Below, one piece after another: positions 39,262 through 49,623 of a DNA stretch of 64,000 nt. Source of the DNA: Candidatus Moraniibacteriota bacterium (GTDB taxonomy: Bacteria; Patescibacteriota; Minisyncoccia; Moranbacterales; GWC2-37-73); assembly GCA_003507445.1 (NCBI GenBank), contig DNVR01000019.1, forward strand, positions 76,395 to 140,394, written 5' to 3'. Below the pieces are notes generated by a model. The model had not been told where the DNA came from and searched no databases. It was given only the letters and a program-made list of their open reading frames with translations. The stretch's first letter is position 1, and each line of letters opens with the position of its first letter. The position numbers and the translations under genes were made by a program.

Positions 39262-39384
39262 TAACAATGAGTATTGTATATGTTAAATTGTGAAATATTT
39301 TCAATTGATGTTGCGTATAAGTGATAGAAGTGCCTCTAATTAACAAAAATAACAAAAAATAATTATTAAAAGCAGGCATTTTAA

Positions 39385-39474
39385 CAATTTTACTACCTTT
39401 TAATTGGTAGGAGCGAATTAATTTAAAAAGCCATTTTGGCAATTTTACTACCTTTTAATTGGTAGGAGCGAATT
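39385..39474. repeat. Exact 35-bp direct repeat (x2) upstream of ArsR gene
   Basis: caattttactaccttttaattggtaggagcgaatt at 39385-39419 and 39440-39474. Confidence 0.9.
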
Positions 39475-39498
39475 GACAGGGTCGGTTAATAAAAAAGT

Positions 39499-39810
39499 AT
39501 GAAAAAAGCAGTTAAAAAAAATGGTAAGCAGCCAGACAAGCAGTTTTTGGAGGTTAACAAATTTTTAAAAATAGTTTCTGATGAAAATAGGTTGAGAATT
39601 TTGGTGTTACTTGAAAAAGGTTCTTTGAATGTAACTGATATTCATAGTAAATTAAAACTTCCTCAGAATTTAACATCTCATCATATTTCTAAGTTGAAAA
39701 GTGTTGATCTTTTGGTGGAAAAAAGAGAGGGAACATTCAGACACTATAGCGTTAATGCAAAGAAAATCAAGGAATACAATCAAATGTTTTTGAAACTTAT
39801 GAATGTGTAA
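39499..39810 (+). CDS. ArsR/SmtB family transcriptional regulator
   Basis: SDENRLRILVLL..NVTDI..LPQNLTSHHISKLK..REG. Confidence 0.9.
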   Translation: MKKAVKKNGKQPDKQFLEVNKFLKIVSDENRLRILVLLEKGSLNVTDIHSKLKLPQNLTSHHISKLKSVDLLVEKREGTFRHYSVNAKKIKEYNQMFLKLMNV

Positions 39811-39982
39811 TATTTGATTCTTTCGCATTTCAAATTAAACGAACTACTTATCCACAGTAGTTCGTTTTTTTGTGAATAATTTGTGTACTGTTTTGGTTTT
39901 TTATGTTAATATTATATTAATTAAATGCGCTGAAATTGTGCAAGCTGTTTTGTGGATTTAAAAGAAACATAAAAATAAAATA

Positions 39983-40030
39983 ACCCCAGTGAAATAGTAT
40001 TTTGAGTACAAAATAATTTCACGGGGCAAG
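39983..40030. mobile_element. CCCAGTGAAAT..ATTTCACGGGGCAAG hairpin element
   Basis: Terminal inverted repeat; same family as 31459-31499. Confidence 0.75.
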
Positions 40031-40034
40031 AAAA

Positions 40035-41345
40035 ATGATCGAGCCATGCATAAAGGTTGACCAGCTCAGGGTTATATACAACAAAGGAAAGTCTAATGAA
40101 GTTCGTTCATTGGATGGTGTTAGCGTTGAAATTTATCCCGAAGAATATATTATCATTTATGGACCTTCCGGTTGTGGGAAGTCGACTTTGCTGTATGGGA
40201 TTTCGGGACTTCAAGCTCCGACATATGGCGATGTGATTGTGCAGGGAAAAAATCTTGCACAAATGACAAAACGTGAAACAGTGGAGTTTCATCAAACGCA
40301 AGTAGGAATGGTTTTTCAAGCCTTTTATCTTATTGAAACGCTGACTGTTTTGGACAACGTTTGTTTGCCTAAGGTTTTTCGTGGTGAAGGTTTGAAAGAA
40401 AGGCGTGAAAAAGCAATGGAGCTTTTGAGACGTTTTAGTATTTCTGAGCAGGCTGACAAATTTCCAGCGCAACTTTCCGGTGGTCAAAAACAACGCGTTT
40501 CTATTGCTCGAGCCCTGGTAAACAATCCAGAGATCATTTTGGCTGATGAGCCGGTGGGAAATTTGGACTCTGAATCTGCGCAAAATGTGTTGGATATTTT
40601 CAAAGAAATCAATGAAATTGACAAGAAAACTTTGATTATGGTTACTCATAATCCAGAGCACCTTATTTATGCCGATCGCATCATTCATATGAAGGACGGA
40701 AAGAAAGTTAGTGAGGAAGTGAATCACGACAAGCGTCCTAAGGAAGCATTGATCAAGGATGTGGCTGCGACGCCAGATGAAATTTCTAGTGAGCTTAAGC
40801 TTTTGATGCGCACATTTAAAAATTTGTCATTACAACAAGTTGGAGTTTTGCTTATTCCTTTTAAGGCAAAGCAATTGCTTACTCATATTATTTCGGAACT
40901 TAATGAGGAACAGGTTGGTGCTGCTGAAAATTTGTTGAAAGAATTTTTGTTTAAAAATATCGATAGCACGGGACTTTCAGAAAAATTGGATTTGGATTTT
41001 GACAAAGGTGGCGCTGGCTGGAACAAAATAAGGGCAATGTCATTTACTGATCGCACGAAAAAAATCTTGTCGCAAGCCGAAATTTTAAACAGCGATCAAG
41101 AAACAAACATCGTTACATTTTCAGATTATTTGGCAGACTTGTATCATTTGAAACTTGATGATGAGATAATGCTTCGATTCAGGTCATTTATAAAATTGCG
41201 AGTGGAAAACAGGATTGATCGATTTGGACTTCAGCAACGACTTGATACATCAAAGAAACTGGGTGGTGCAGGATTATACAAGGGCAGTGCTGAAAAAGTT
41301 GTTCGCGAGGTTGAGCTTATAATGCTTTTGAAATATTCAGCGTAA
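40035..41345 (+). CDS. ABC transporter ATP-binding protein (LolD/MacB-like) with C-terminal extension
   Basis: GPSGCGKST, LSGGQKQR, ADEPVGNLD. Confidence 0.93.
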   Translation: MIEPCIKVDQLRVIYNKGKSNEVRSLDGVSVEIYPEEYIIIYGPSGCGKSTLLYGISGLQAPTYGDVIVQGKNLAQMTKRETVEFHQTQVGMVFQAFYLIETLTVLDNVCLPKVFRGEGLKERREKAMELLRRFSISEQADKFPAQLSGGQKQRVSIARALVNNPEIILADEPVGNLDSESAQNVLDIFKEINEIDKKTLIMVTHNPEHLIYADRIIHMKDGKKVSEEVNHDKRPKEALIKDVAATPDEISSELKLLMRTFKNLSLQQVGVLLIPFKAKQLLTHIISELNEEQVGAAENLLKEFLFKNIDSTGLSEKLDLDFDKGGAGWNKIRAMSFTDRTKKILSQAEILNSDQETNIVTFSDYLADLYHLKLDDEIMLRFRSFIKLRVENRIDRFGLQQRLDTSKKLGGAGLYKGSAEKVVREVELIMLLKYSA

Positions 41346-41397
41346 GTCTGCAAATATAAAAAATTTACAAAAGTACGAAATTACAAAAAAATAAAAT

Positions 41398-42627
41398 ATG
41401 AGATTTATAGATTTGTTCAAATTATCAACCAGAATGTTTAAAGCGAGAACCTCTCGAACGCTTTTGACTGTTTTGGGTATGAGTATTGGTATCGGTGCTA
41501 TTTTGTTTTTGGTTTCATTGGGTTATGGACTTCAAAAAACTTTGTTGGAAAGAATCACAACATCAGACTCTCTTTTGACTCTGGATATTTCTGAAGCAAA
41601 ATCAGGAATCGTTTCTTTGGATAATGAGATGATCAAAAAAATTGAAGCTATGCCAGGAGTTGAAGATGTAAGTCCTGCCTTTCAAATTACTACACAAGGA
41701 CATTTGGATGATCTTTCTGCTGATTTGGTTACTATTGGTTCCAAACCTTCATTTTTGAAATTAGGCGGATACAAGCCAAGCAAGGGAGTGCTGCTTAGCG
41801 ACGATAATCAAAACGGAATTGTTATAAGCAGCGCAGTAGGACAAGTTTTTGGTAAAACCGTTGATGAAATGCTTGGAAAGGATATGACATTTTCGTTTTT
41901 TGTGCCAAGAGCTGCTGCTACTGTTGATGACGCGGGCAACACTTCTGATGCTCAATCGCAAAGTGATTTTGAAAAGGTTGACAGTGAAATACGATACAAA
42001 ATTATTGGAGTTATTGAGGGCGAGGACAATGTTGTATACGTCAATAAAGCATCTCTTAATGATTTGAAAATTGATAAATATGGACAAGTTAAGGTTAAGA
42101 CAAAATCAAACGGGGAAATGGGTATTATCCGAGATGCAATTTTGGAATATGGTCTATTGGTTTCATCTCTTTCTGATACTGTTGATCAAGCAAATCAAAT
42201 TTTCAAAGTTGTGCAGATAATCTTGATGCTTTTTGGAATCATTGCTTTGGTTGTTTCCGCTATTGGTATGTTTAACACAATGACAATAACATTGCTTGAA
42301 AGAACGGAAGAAATTGGGATTATGAAGTCAATCGGAGCTTCTGATATGGGTATCTCCGTTATGTTTTTTATGGAATCTGCAATTATGGGATTCTTGGGTG
42401 GTTGCGCCGGAGTTGCGATTGGTTGGCTTGGAGGACAAGGATTCAACATTATTATCAATATGGTTGCTGTCAGGTTTGGTGGACAATCAGTAAGTCTTTT
42501 TTATAGTCCTACTTGGTTTATTCTTGCAATCCTAGCCTTTTCTGGAATTGTCGGATTCTTCACTGGGCTTGTCCCAGCGCGTCGTGCCAGCAAAATCGAT
42601 CCACTGGACGCACTTCGTTATAAATAA
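41398..42627 (+). CDS. ABC transporter permease (MacB/FtsX family)
   Basis: RTLLTVLGMSIG, ERTEEIGIMKSIGA, PARRASKIDPLDALRY. Confidence 0.93.
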   Translation: MRFIDLFKLSTRMFKARTSRTLLTVLGMSIGIGAILFLVSLGYGLQKTLLERITTSDSLLTLDISEAKSGIVSLDNEMIKKIEAMPGVEDVSPAFQITTQGHLDDLSADLVTIGSKPSFLKLGGYKPSKGVLLSDDNQNGIVISSAVGQVFGKTVDEMLGKDMTFSFFVPRAAATVDDAGNTSDAQSQSDFEKVDSEIRYKIIGVIEGEDNVVYVNKASLNDLKIDKYGQVKVKTKSNGEMGIIRDAILEYGLLVSSLSDTVDQANQIFKVVQIILMLFGIIALVVSAIGMFNTMTITLLERTEEIGIMKSIGASDMGISVMFFMESAIMGFLGGCAGVAIGWLGGQGFNIIINMVAVRFGGQSVSLFYSPTWFILAILAFSGIVGFFTGLVPARRASKIDPLDALRYK

Positions 42628-42769
42628 GTATCCATTTTTGCAGTTTGTTTTTTTTGAGATGACTCTTGAATATGACAACGTTTGATTGTGTGGTACAATG
42701 AATATATTAATCTGTACTAATTTATAGTTTCAGATTGATTAAATATTTTCGCATAACTTTCCTGCTAAT

Positions 42770-45700
42770 ATGAAAAAATATATAATACTTTTTTCTCTCA
42801 ATAAATCTTTTAAATTTAAAAATAATTTAAATTCATTAACATTTGTTTTTCTTTTTGCAATTCTGTCTGCAGAATTGTTTTTTGGTTTTAGTGATAATGC
42901 TCGCGCTGCAACAATAACAACAGCACAAACAGGTGACTATTCGGCAACTTCAACATGGGTTGGTGGCGTTTTGCCAGATCCAGCTTTAGACACAGTGGTT
43001 GTTGCTGTTGGGCACACACTTACACTTGATGACACTCGTTCTATTCCGGCGACCACCATTGAAGGATCATTAACTCAGGGGACCGGTGTAGTAACAACAC
43101 TTGCTGGTGTGCTTACTATTGGTAACGGCACAGGTAAAAATGGTACGTTTACCTTCGGTGCTGGCTCCACATTAGCGATGGAAACATTTAATGTGGCATT
43201 AAATAATTGTAATTTACGATCAAATTCTGTTAGCGACAATTGGGCAGTTGTTACAGGGACTGGAGCATGGCTGACGGGTGCAATTACTGGGCCAACCCAA
43301 GATGTTCAATTATCTTACGTGTCATTTCAACATACTGGAGTATTCACGTTATCATTACGTACAACAACTGGATCACTGACAAATCTAGTAGATTTGTCTC
43401 ACGCTGCATTTATTGGCACTGGGGCTATAACAATAGGCACGGCAGGGTGGACATCACCGACTGTGCCTGTAACTATTGAATACTCAGATTTTCGCAACAC
43501 CAGTACGATCATTTTTTATAATACAAGTACTGATCCAGTTACATCCAGAGTTTCGATAGAATATAACACGTTCTCTGTAACATCTAGCATAGCATTTCCA
43601 CGAAAAGCCACTGTTCAATATAATGTATTTGATCAGTCTGCTGTTATTAATGCAAATGCTGGTATTAATATGTTAGTACGAGATAATCTTTTTATTCAGA
43701 GAAATGTAGCATCTGGGTCTTCTGCTTATACAATAACATCAACGACTCTTGCGAGTGATAATTATTTTTATAGTCCATCATCCCAATTGAATTCACATGC
43801 AATTCAAACATCTACTGGTACAGCTACAGCATCCAATAACATTTTTGAATTTTGGGGCACAGAACCTAATATAATAAATTATCAACCTAATTCTAATTTG
43901 ACAGTGAATAACAATATTGCATTTGGTGCTGGTAACATTTCCCTTGTAACTGTTGGCAGTAATAGCACGAGCGGGTTTTTGACGATAACTAATAATACTC
44001 AAAAATGCAATAATGCTGCTGCGTCTGGTTTGTTATTGGTTGAAAACACGAGCCATACTGGAAGTATCACAACTGTAAAAAATAATTTAGTCATTCCTGT
44101 CACTTCTAATCCTTATCTGATAGTCGCAAATGTTCCTACAAATACTATTAATATTGCATCTAGTGATTATAATGCAATGCCAGGAACACAATTAAGCTCG
44201 TATAAAGAAATTGATAGTGTGGGCGACAGAACTCATGAAATTTATGATTTTATTCCAACATTGTTAGATTCAACTAGATCTTTTGCTACTTGGGGTTCTG
44301 CGATTGCAGGTACTGATGGCACAGATATTGCTTTGATTGATAAATTTCTCGCCATTAATGGTTATAATTCCACAACAAAAATCCAAAGCAATCAGCCCTC
44401 TGGCCTAAGCATTATTGGCACACCAACATCACTGATTGATTGGGTGCGTTATGGATTTACCCCTACTAGCACAGAACTCAAAGCCGCAGGTGAGGGTGGT
44501 GTTGATATCGGTGCAGTCTCAGTAGCTGACACTGCTGCGCCAACTGACACGACAATCTCAATTAATTCAAACGCAACTGCAACCAATTCTGCAACAGTAA
44601 CACTTACTCTTTCAGCAACAGACTCTTTCGGTGTTACTCAAATGAAATTTAGCAACGATAATATTACATATGCTGATCCAGTTGCATATGCAACCGAAGC
44701 AAGTCACACTTTATCAGCAGGAAATGGAACAAAAACTGTATACGTGAAATATGGCGATGCAGCAAACAATTGGTCAAACGCAGTTTCTGATGAAATAATA
44801 TTAGACACAATTTCCCCAACCACATCTGCCAATATTTCAACTGGAACATTTAACGTAGCTCAAGATGTCACACTGACTTGCGATGATGGCACTGGCAGCG
44901 GTTGCGACAAAATATATTATACAACTGACAATTCTGACCCAACCACATCCTCAACTCAATATACAGCCCCAATTAATATTCCAACTACCACCACTTTAAA
45001 ATATTTTTCGCAAGATTTGGCAACAAATTCGGAAACAATTAATTCTCAAACATATACCATTGATACTGCAGCTCCAAACACAACAATAACCGACGGTCCT
45101 GAAGCATTAACAAATGCTGTGGCCGCAACATTTCAATTTGATGCAACTGAAACCGCTACTTTCCAATGTAAAATAGATGGCGAGACTTTTGCCTCTTGCG
45201 AAAGTCCCAAAGAATACACAAGTCTTGCTGAGGGAGAACACACCTTTTATGTCAAAGCAATTGACAGTGCAACTAACGAAGATCTGACCCCTGCTAGTTT
45301 TACTTGGAATATTGATATTACAGCTCCAACAACCACTCCAAGTATAGAAGGTGGTACATTTGATTTGGCTCAAAGTCTGACACTTTCTTGCGCTGACAAT
45401 TTAGCAGATTGCGACAAAATATATTATACAACTGATGGCTCGATCCCAACTACCAGCTCGCAAGTTTTTTCTGGCACACTTGTCATAAATGCAACCACCA
45501 CACTTAAATTTTTCTCGCAGGATCTTTTGGGAAATTCTGAGACTCCAAAAACGCAGATATATACCATAAACACCCAGCAAACAGATGATAATCAAACAAT
45601 TTTAATTCCAACTCCCAAGCTTTTCAGTAATGATAATAGAAAATCTTTTTCTACCATACTTAAATCAAACAAGGTAAAACTTTCCAGCACAATTGTTGAT

Positions 45701-46132
45701 TTGAGAGGAGGAAACATCAAAATTACTAACGGTTCAAAAACAATAAAAGAAGTTTCCATCGATGAATTTGGCAAATGGAATGCTAATTTTAAGGCTAAGA
45801 AATTTAGAATTCATTATCTAAACGCCAGTGGAGAGGAAGTTTCAATTTCAAAACAATACAAACTTAAGATAGATGATGAAAAACCAGAAATTAAACCATT
45901 AGCTCCTCTTTACATTAAACATCGAGGCTCAATCATTTCTTGGCAAGCTTCTGATAACAGAGGAGTTCATCATTTCAGCATTGCTTTTGGTAATAAGAAA
46001 ATCAAAACCAAAAAATCTCAAGTTACCGTGCCTTCTTCTGTCAAAAAAGGACTTCAAACTTTTACCATCACAGCCTATGACAAAGCAGGGAACAAGACCA
46101 GTCAGAAAGGAAATTTGGTTGTGACTTGGTAG
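42770..46132 (+). CDS. Large secreted surface protein: beta-helix-like N-terminal half, then Ig-like and two chitobiase/Fn3-associated repeats
   Basis: Signal segment; Thr/Ser/Asn-rich; two CDKIYYTTD..PTTSS..TTTLK.FSQDL repeats. Confidence 0.8.
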   Translation: MKKYIILFSLNKSFKFKNNLNSLTFVFLFAILSAELFFGFSDNARAATITTAQTGDYSATSTWVGGVLPDPALDTVVVAVGHTLTLDDTRSIPATTIEGSLTQGTGVVTTLAGVLTIGNGTGKNGTFTFGAGSTLAMETFNVALNNCNLRSNSVSDNWAVVTGTGAWLTGAITGPTQDVQLSYVSFQHTGVFTLSLRTTTGSLTNLVDLSHAAFIGTGAITIGTAGWTSPTVPVTIEYSDFRNTSTIIFYNTSTDPVTSRVSIEYNTFSVTSSIAFPRKATVQYNVFDQSAVINANAGINMLVRDNLFIQRNVASGSSAYTITSTTLASDNYFYSPSSQLNSHAIQTSTGTATASNNIFEFWGTEPNIINYQPNSNLTVNNNIAFGAGNISLVTVGSNSTSGFLTITNNTQKCNNAAASGLLLVENTSHTGSITTVKNNLVIPVTSNPYLIVANVPTNTINIASSDYNAMPGTQLSSYKEIDSVGDRTHEIYDFIPTLLDSTRSFATWGSAIAGTDGTDIALIDKFLAINGYNSTTKIQSNQPSGLSIIGTPTSLIDWVRYGFTPTSTELKAAGEGGVDIGAVSVADTAAPTDTTISINSNATATNSATVTLTLSATDSFGVTQMKFSNDNITYADPVAYATEASHTLSAGNGTKTVYVKYGDAANNWSNAVSDEIILDTISPTTSANISTGTFNVAQDVTLTCDDGTGSGCDKIYYTTDNSDPTTSSTQYTAPINIPTTTTLKYFSQDLATNSETINSQTYTIDTAAPNTTITDGPEALTNAVAATFQFDATETATFQCKIDGETFASCESPKEYTSLAEGEHTFYVKAIDSATNEDLTPASFTWNIDITAPTTTPSIEGGTFDLAQSLTLSCADNLADCDKIYYTTDGSIPTTSSQVFSGTLVINATTTLKFFSQDLLGNSETPKTQIYTINTQQTDDNQTILIPTPKLFSNDNRKSFSTILKSNKVKLSSTIVDLRGGNIKITNGSKTIKEVSIDEFGKWNANFKAKKFRIHYLNASGEEVSISKQYKLKIDDEKPEIKPLAPLYIKHRGSIISWQASDNRGVHHFSIAFGNKKIKTKKSQVTVPSSVKKGLQTFTITAYDKAGNKTSQKGNLVVTW

Positions 46133-46187
46133 GAAAAAATAATATATACGCTTGCGAATAGCCCAAAATTGGGCTATTGTTATATTT

Positions 46188-47030
46188 ATGAAACTTTTAT
46201 ATGGAAAACTGGTGGCGCAAATATTATTAAGTCGTTTGAAAAACGATATTTTAATGCTGGATAAAAAACCAGGGTTGGCAGTTGTCTTGGTGGGAAATGA
46301 CTCCGCATCGAAGTTGTATGTTGATCTTAAAGAAAAAAAAGCTGAGGAAATTGGAATAAATTTTTCCCGCTATGATTTTCCTGAAAATGTTTCCCAAGAT
46401 GAAATTTTATCTCAAATTGAAAAACTTAATGCTGATGAAAAAATCAATGGGATTATTGTGCAACTTCCTTTGCCGAAAAATTTTGATACGCAAAAAATCA
46501 TATCAAGTATTGATCCAAAAAAAGATGTTGATGGATTTCATCCTGAAAATACCCAGCTTTTTTTAAAAGGAGAAGCTGGAATGTCTCCAGTTTTTCCGCG
46601 TGCTATTGCGCAGTTGATCAAAAGTGTTGGAGAAAATTTGAATGGCAAAACTGGCATTGTGATTGCAAATTCAGACGAATTTGGGCAAATAATGAGCACA
46701 ATGCTGTCGCGTGAAAACGTGATCGCACAATATGTTTTGACTGAGAACATACCCTCGAAACTCGGGGAAATTAAGGTCTCAGACATCGTGGTAAGCGCTG
46801 TGGGCTCGCCAGGGCTTCTTGGGGGTCAAATGTTTAAAGATGGCTCTATTATTATTGATGGTGGTATTGAAAAAGTGGGCGACAGTGTTCTGGGAGATGT
46901 TGATTTTGCCTCAACAGAGGCTCTTTCTGGCTGGATCACGCCTGTTCCGGGTGGAGTTGGACCACTCACAATCGCTTGTCTCTTGGAAAACACATTTTTG
47001 GCCTTTGAGGCTCAACAAAAGGAAAAATAG
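46188..47030 (+). CDS. folD: Methylenetetrahydrofolate dehydrogenase/cyclohydrolase
   Basis: GIIVQLPLP, KDVDGFHP, TPVPGGVGPLT. Confidence 0.92.
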   Translation: MKLLYGKLVAQILLSRLKNDILMLDKKPGLAVVLVGNDSASKLYVDLKEKKAEEIGINFSRYDFPENVSQDEILSQIEKLNADEKINGIIVQLPLPKNFDTQKIISSIDPKKDVDGFHPENTQLFLKGEAGMSPVFPRAIAQLIKSVGENLNGKTGIVIANSDEFGQIMSTMLSRENVIAQYVLTENIPSKLGEIKVSDIVVSAVGSPGLLGGQMFKDGSIIIDGGIEKVGDSVLGDVDFASTEALSGWITPVPGGVGPLTIACLLENTFLAFEAQQKEK

Positions 47031-47119
47031 TATTGATCTTGCATATATTGTGTGATATTATAAAAACAACTTAAGAAGGGTTGTTTTTATTTTTGTATAA
47101 ATTTGTAACTTTTAGATAT

Positions 47120-49615
47120 ATGAAATACGAACCAAAAGAAATTGAACCAAAATGGCAAAATAGATGGGAAAAATCTGGTTCTTTCAAGATTGACAAGGAT
47201 GATGAGTCTAAAGAAAAATTTTATATTCTTGATATGTTTCCATATCCCTCTGGAACAGGACTTCATATGGGGCATACGGAAAGCTATACTGCTAGCGATG
47301 TTTTTTATCGTTTCAAAAAAATCCAAGGTTACAATGTTTTGCATCCACAAGGCTTTGATTCATTTGGTCTTCCAGCAGAAAATTATGCCATTAAAACAGG
47401 GGTAAAGCCAGCTGAAACAACTCAAAAAAATATTGCTACCTATATTGAACAAATGAAGTCTTTGGGTTTTGATTATGATTTTAATGAAAAGGTAATAACT
47501 TCTGATCCTTCGTATTATAAATGGACACAATGGATCTTTGGAAAATTTTTTGAAAATGGTTTGGTTTATAAAAAAACACAAAAAACCAATTGGTGCTCAT
47601 CTTGTCAAACTGTTATTGCTAATGAACAAGTGGTGGATGGTAAGTGTGAGAGATGTGGAACTGAAATAATACAAAAAGAGGTTCCAGGATGGTTTTTCAA
47701 AATCACGGATTTTTCCGACGAGCTGATTGCTGGGTTGGGAAAAGTTGATTGGCCAGAATATACCAAAAAAAATCAAATAAATTGGATTGGAAAATCGCAG
47801 GGTGCTCTTTTGAAATTTGAAATTAAAAATTCGGAAAAATATATTGAAGTGTTCACAACGCGACCCGACACTTTGTTTGGAGCGACTTATATGGTGTTGG
47901 CGCCTGAACATAAATTAGTAAATGAATTGAAAGATGAAATTTCTAACTGGAATGATGTTGAAAAATATATAATTCAAACTCAAAATAAAACAGAGTTGGA
48001 CAGAATGGAAGCCAAGGAAAAGACGGGGGAAAAATTGGAAGGTGTGATGGCTATAAATCCAGCAACAGGCGGTGAAATTCCAATTTTTATTGCTGATTAT
48101 GTTTTGGCTGGATATGGAACTGGAGCTATTATGGCAGTGCCGGCTCACGATGAGCGCGACTTTGAATTTGCAAAAAAATATAACATTCCAATTGTGGAAG
48201 TTATCTCTGGAGGGAATATTGAAGAAAAAGCTTACACTGAAAATGGGGAGCTGGTTAATTCTGGAAAATTTAATGGAATGTCAGTTGAGGATGCTAAAAG
48301 GGGAATCACTGAATTTGTTGGTGGAAAAATGACAGCAACATATCGTTTGCGTGACTGGTCTTTTTCTAGGCAGCGTTATTGGGGTTGTCCGATTCCGATT
48401 GTGTATTCTCCAGAAGGCGAAGCTAAAATGGTTCCCGAAAAATATTTGCCATGGAAACTTCCTGAAGATGTTGATTTTGTTCCAACCGGAGTGGCTCCAC
48501 TTTCCAAATCAGAAGAATTAAAAAAACGTGTTGAAGATATTTTTGGTCAGGGATGGACGGCTGAATATGACACAATGGACACATTCGTGGATTCTTCTTG
48601 GTATTTCTTGCGCTATCCTGATTCGCATAATGAAAAGGAATTTTGTTCAAAAGAAAGGCTTGCGAAATGGATGCCGGTAGATTTGTACATTGGAGGAGCA
48701 GAGCATACCTATATGCATCTTTTGTATGCCAGATTTTTTACAAAAGCGATGCATAAGATTGGTTTGATCAATTTTGATGAACCTTTTCTTAAGCTTCGCC
48801 ATCAAGGAATGGTGCTGGACAAGGAGGGTAAAAAAATGTCCAAGTCTAAAGGCAATGTTATTAATCCTGATAGTATGGTGGAAAAATTCGGCGCTGACAG
48901 CGTTCGAACATATATGCTTTTTGCAGCACCATTGGAAGATGAGGTGATGTGGAATGAAGACAATATTGTTGGTGTTCGAAGATTTTTGGACAGAATTTGG
49001 GAATTTATAGTTAAAGACAAGGAGCGAGATCCGGAATGGTTTAAGTTGTGGCTCAATATAGATGAATGGAACAAATCTAAAGGACCTACGCCCACTTCAT
49101 TAAAGATATTATTAAACAAAACAATAAAAAAAGTTACTGAGGATATGGAAAATTTTAGGTTTAATACTGCTATAAGTCAGTTAATGATTTTTAGAAATGC
49201 TTTTTATAAAATAGATCAGGGAGATGCTAATGATATTTATAAAACAGGCATGGAATCTAAATTATCAACATTGATAACGGTGGATGATTTTGAAAAATTT
49301 TTAATTTTGCTAGCTCCTTTTGCTCCACACATTGCTGAAGAGATCTGGCAGGAAATATTAGAACATAAAGAATCCATATTTTTACAAGATTGGCCAGAAG
49401 TTGATGAAAAATATTTGCAGGATGAAGAAGTTGAAATGGTGGTGCAGGTGAATGGAAAAGTTCGCGATCGTTTGATGGTGGCGCATGATGTCACTGAAGA
49501 CGAGGTAAAAGAAACAGTTCTTGAAAGTGGAAAAGTTAAGGTTTTTACTGATGGAAAAGAAATAAAGAAAATTATTTTTGTTCCAGGGAAACTTATTAAT
49601 ATCGTTGCTGTTTAA
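47120..49615 (+). CDS. leuS: Leucine--tRNA ligase
   Basis: MFPYPSGTGLHMGH, FTTRPDT, KMSKSKGN, VVQVNGKVR. Confidence 0.98.
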   Translation: MKYEPKEIEPKWQNRWEKSGSFKIDKDDESKEKFYILDMFPYPSGTGLHMGHTESYTASDVFYRFKKIQGYNVLHPQGFDSFGLPAENYAIKTGVKPAETTQKNIATYIEQMKSLGFDYDFNEKVITSDPSYYKWTQWIFGKFFENGLVYKKTQKTNWCSSCQTVIANEQVVDGKCERCGTEIIQKEVPGWFFKITDFSDELIAGLGKVDWPEYTKKNQINWIGKSQGALLKFEIKNSEKYIEVFTTRPDTLFGATYMVLAPEHKLVNELKDEISNWNDVEKYIIQTQNKTELDRMEAKEKTGEKLEGVMAINPATGGEIPIFIADYVLAGYGTGAIMAVPAHDERDFEFAKKYNIPIVEVISGGNIEEKAYTENGELVNSGKFNGMSVEDAKRGITEFVGGKMTATYRLRDWSFSRQRYWGCPIPIVYSPEGEAKMVPEKYLPWKLPEDVDFVPTGVAPLSKSEELKKRVEDIFGQGWTAEYDTMDTFVDSSWYFLRYPDSHNEKEFCSKERLAKWMPVDLYIGGAEHTYMHLLYARFFTKAMHKIGLINFDEPFLKLRHQGMVLDKEGKKMSKSKGNVINPDSMVEKFGADSVRTYMLFAAPLEDEVMWNEDNIVGVRRFLDRIWEFIVKDKERDPEWFKLWLNIDEWNKSKGPTPTSLKILLNKTIKKVTEDMENFRFNTAISQLMIFRNAFYKIDQGDANDIYKTGMESKLSTLITVDDFEKFLILLAPFAPHIAEEIWQEILEHKESIFLQDWPEVDEKYLQDEEVEMVVQVNGKVRDRLMVAHDVTEDEVKETVLESGKVKVFTDGKEIKKIIFVPGKLINIVAV

Positions 49616-49623
49616 TAATCTTT

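Noticed and set aside
39385-39474. CRISPR array
   Set aside because: Only two repeats with a 20-bp spacer and no cas genes in the window
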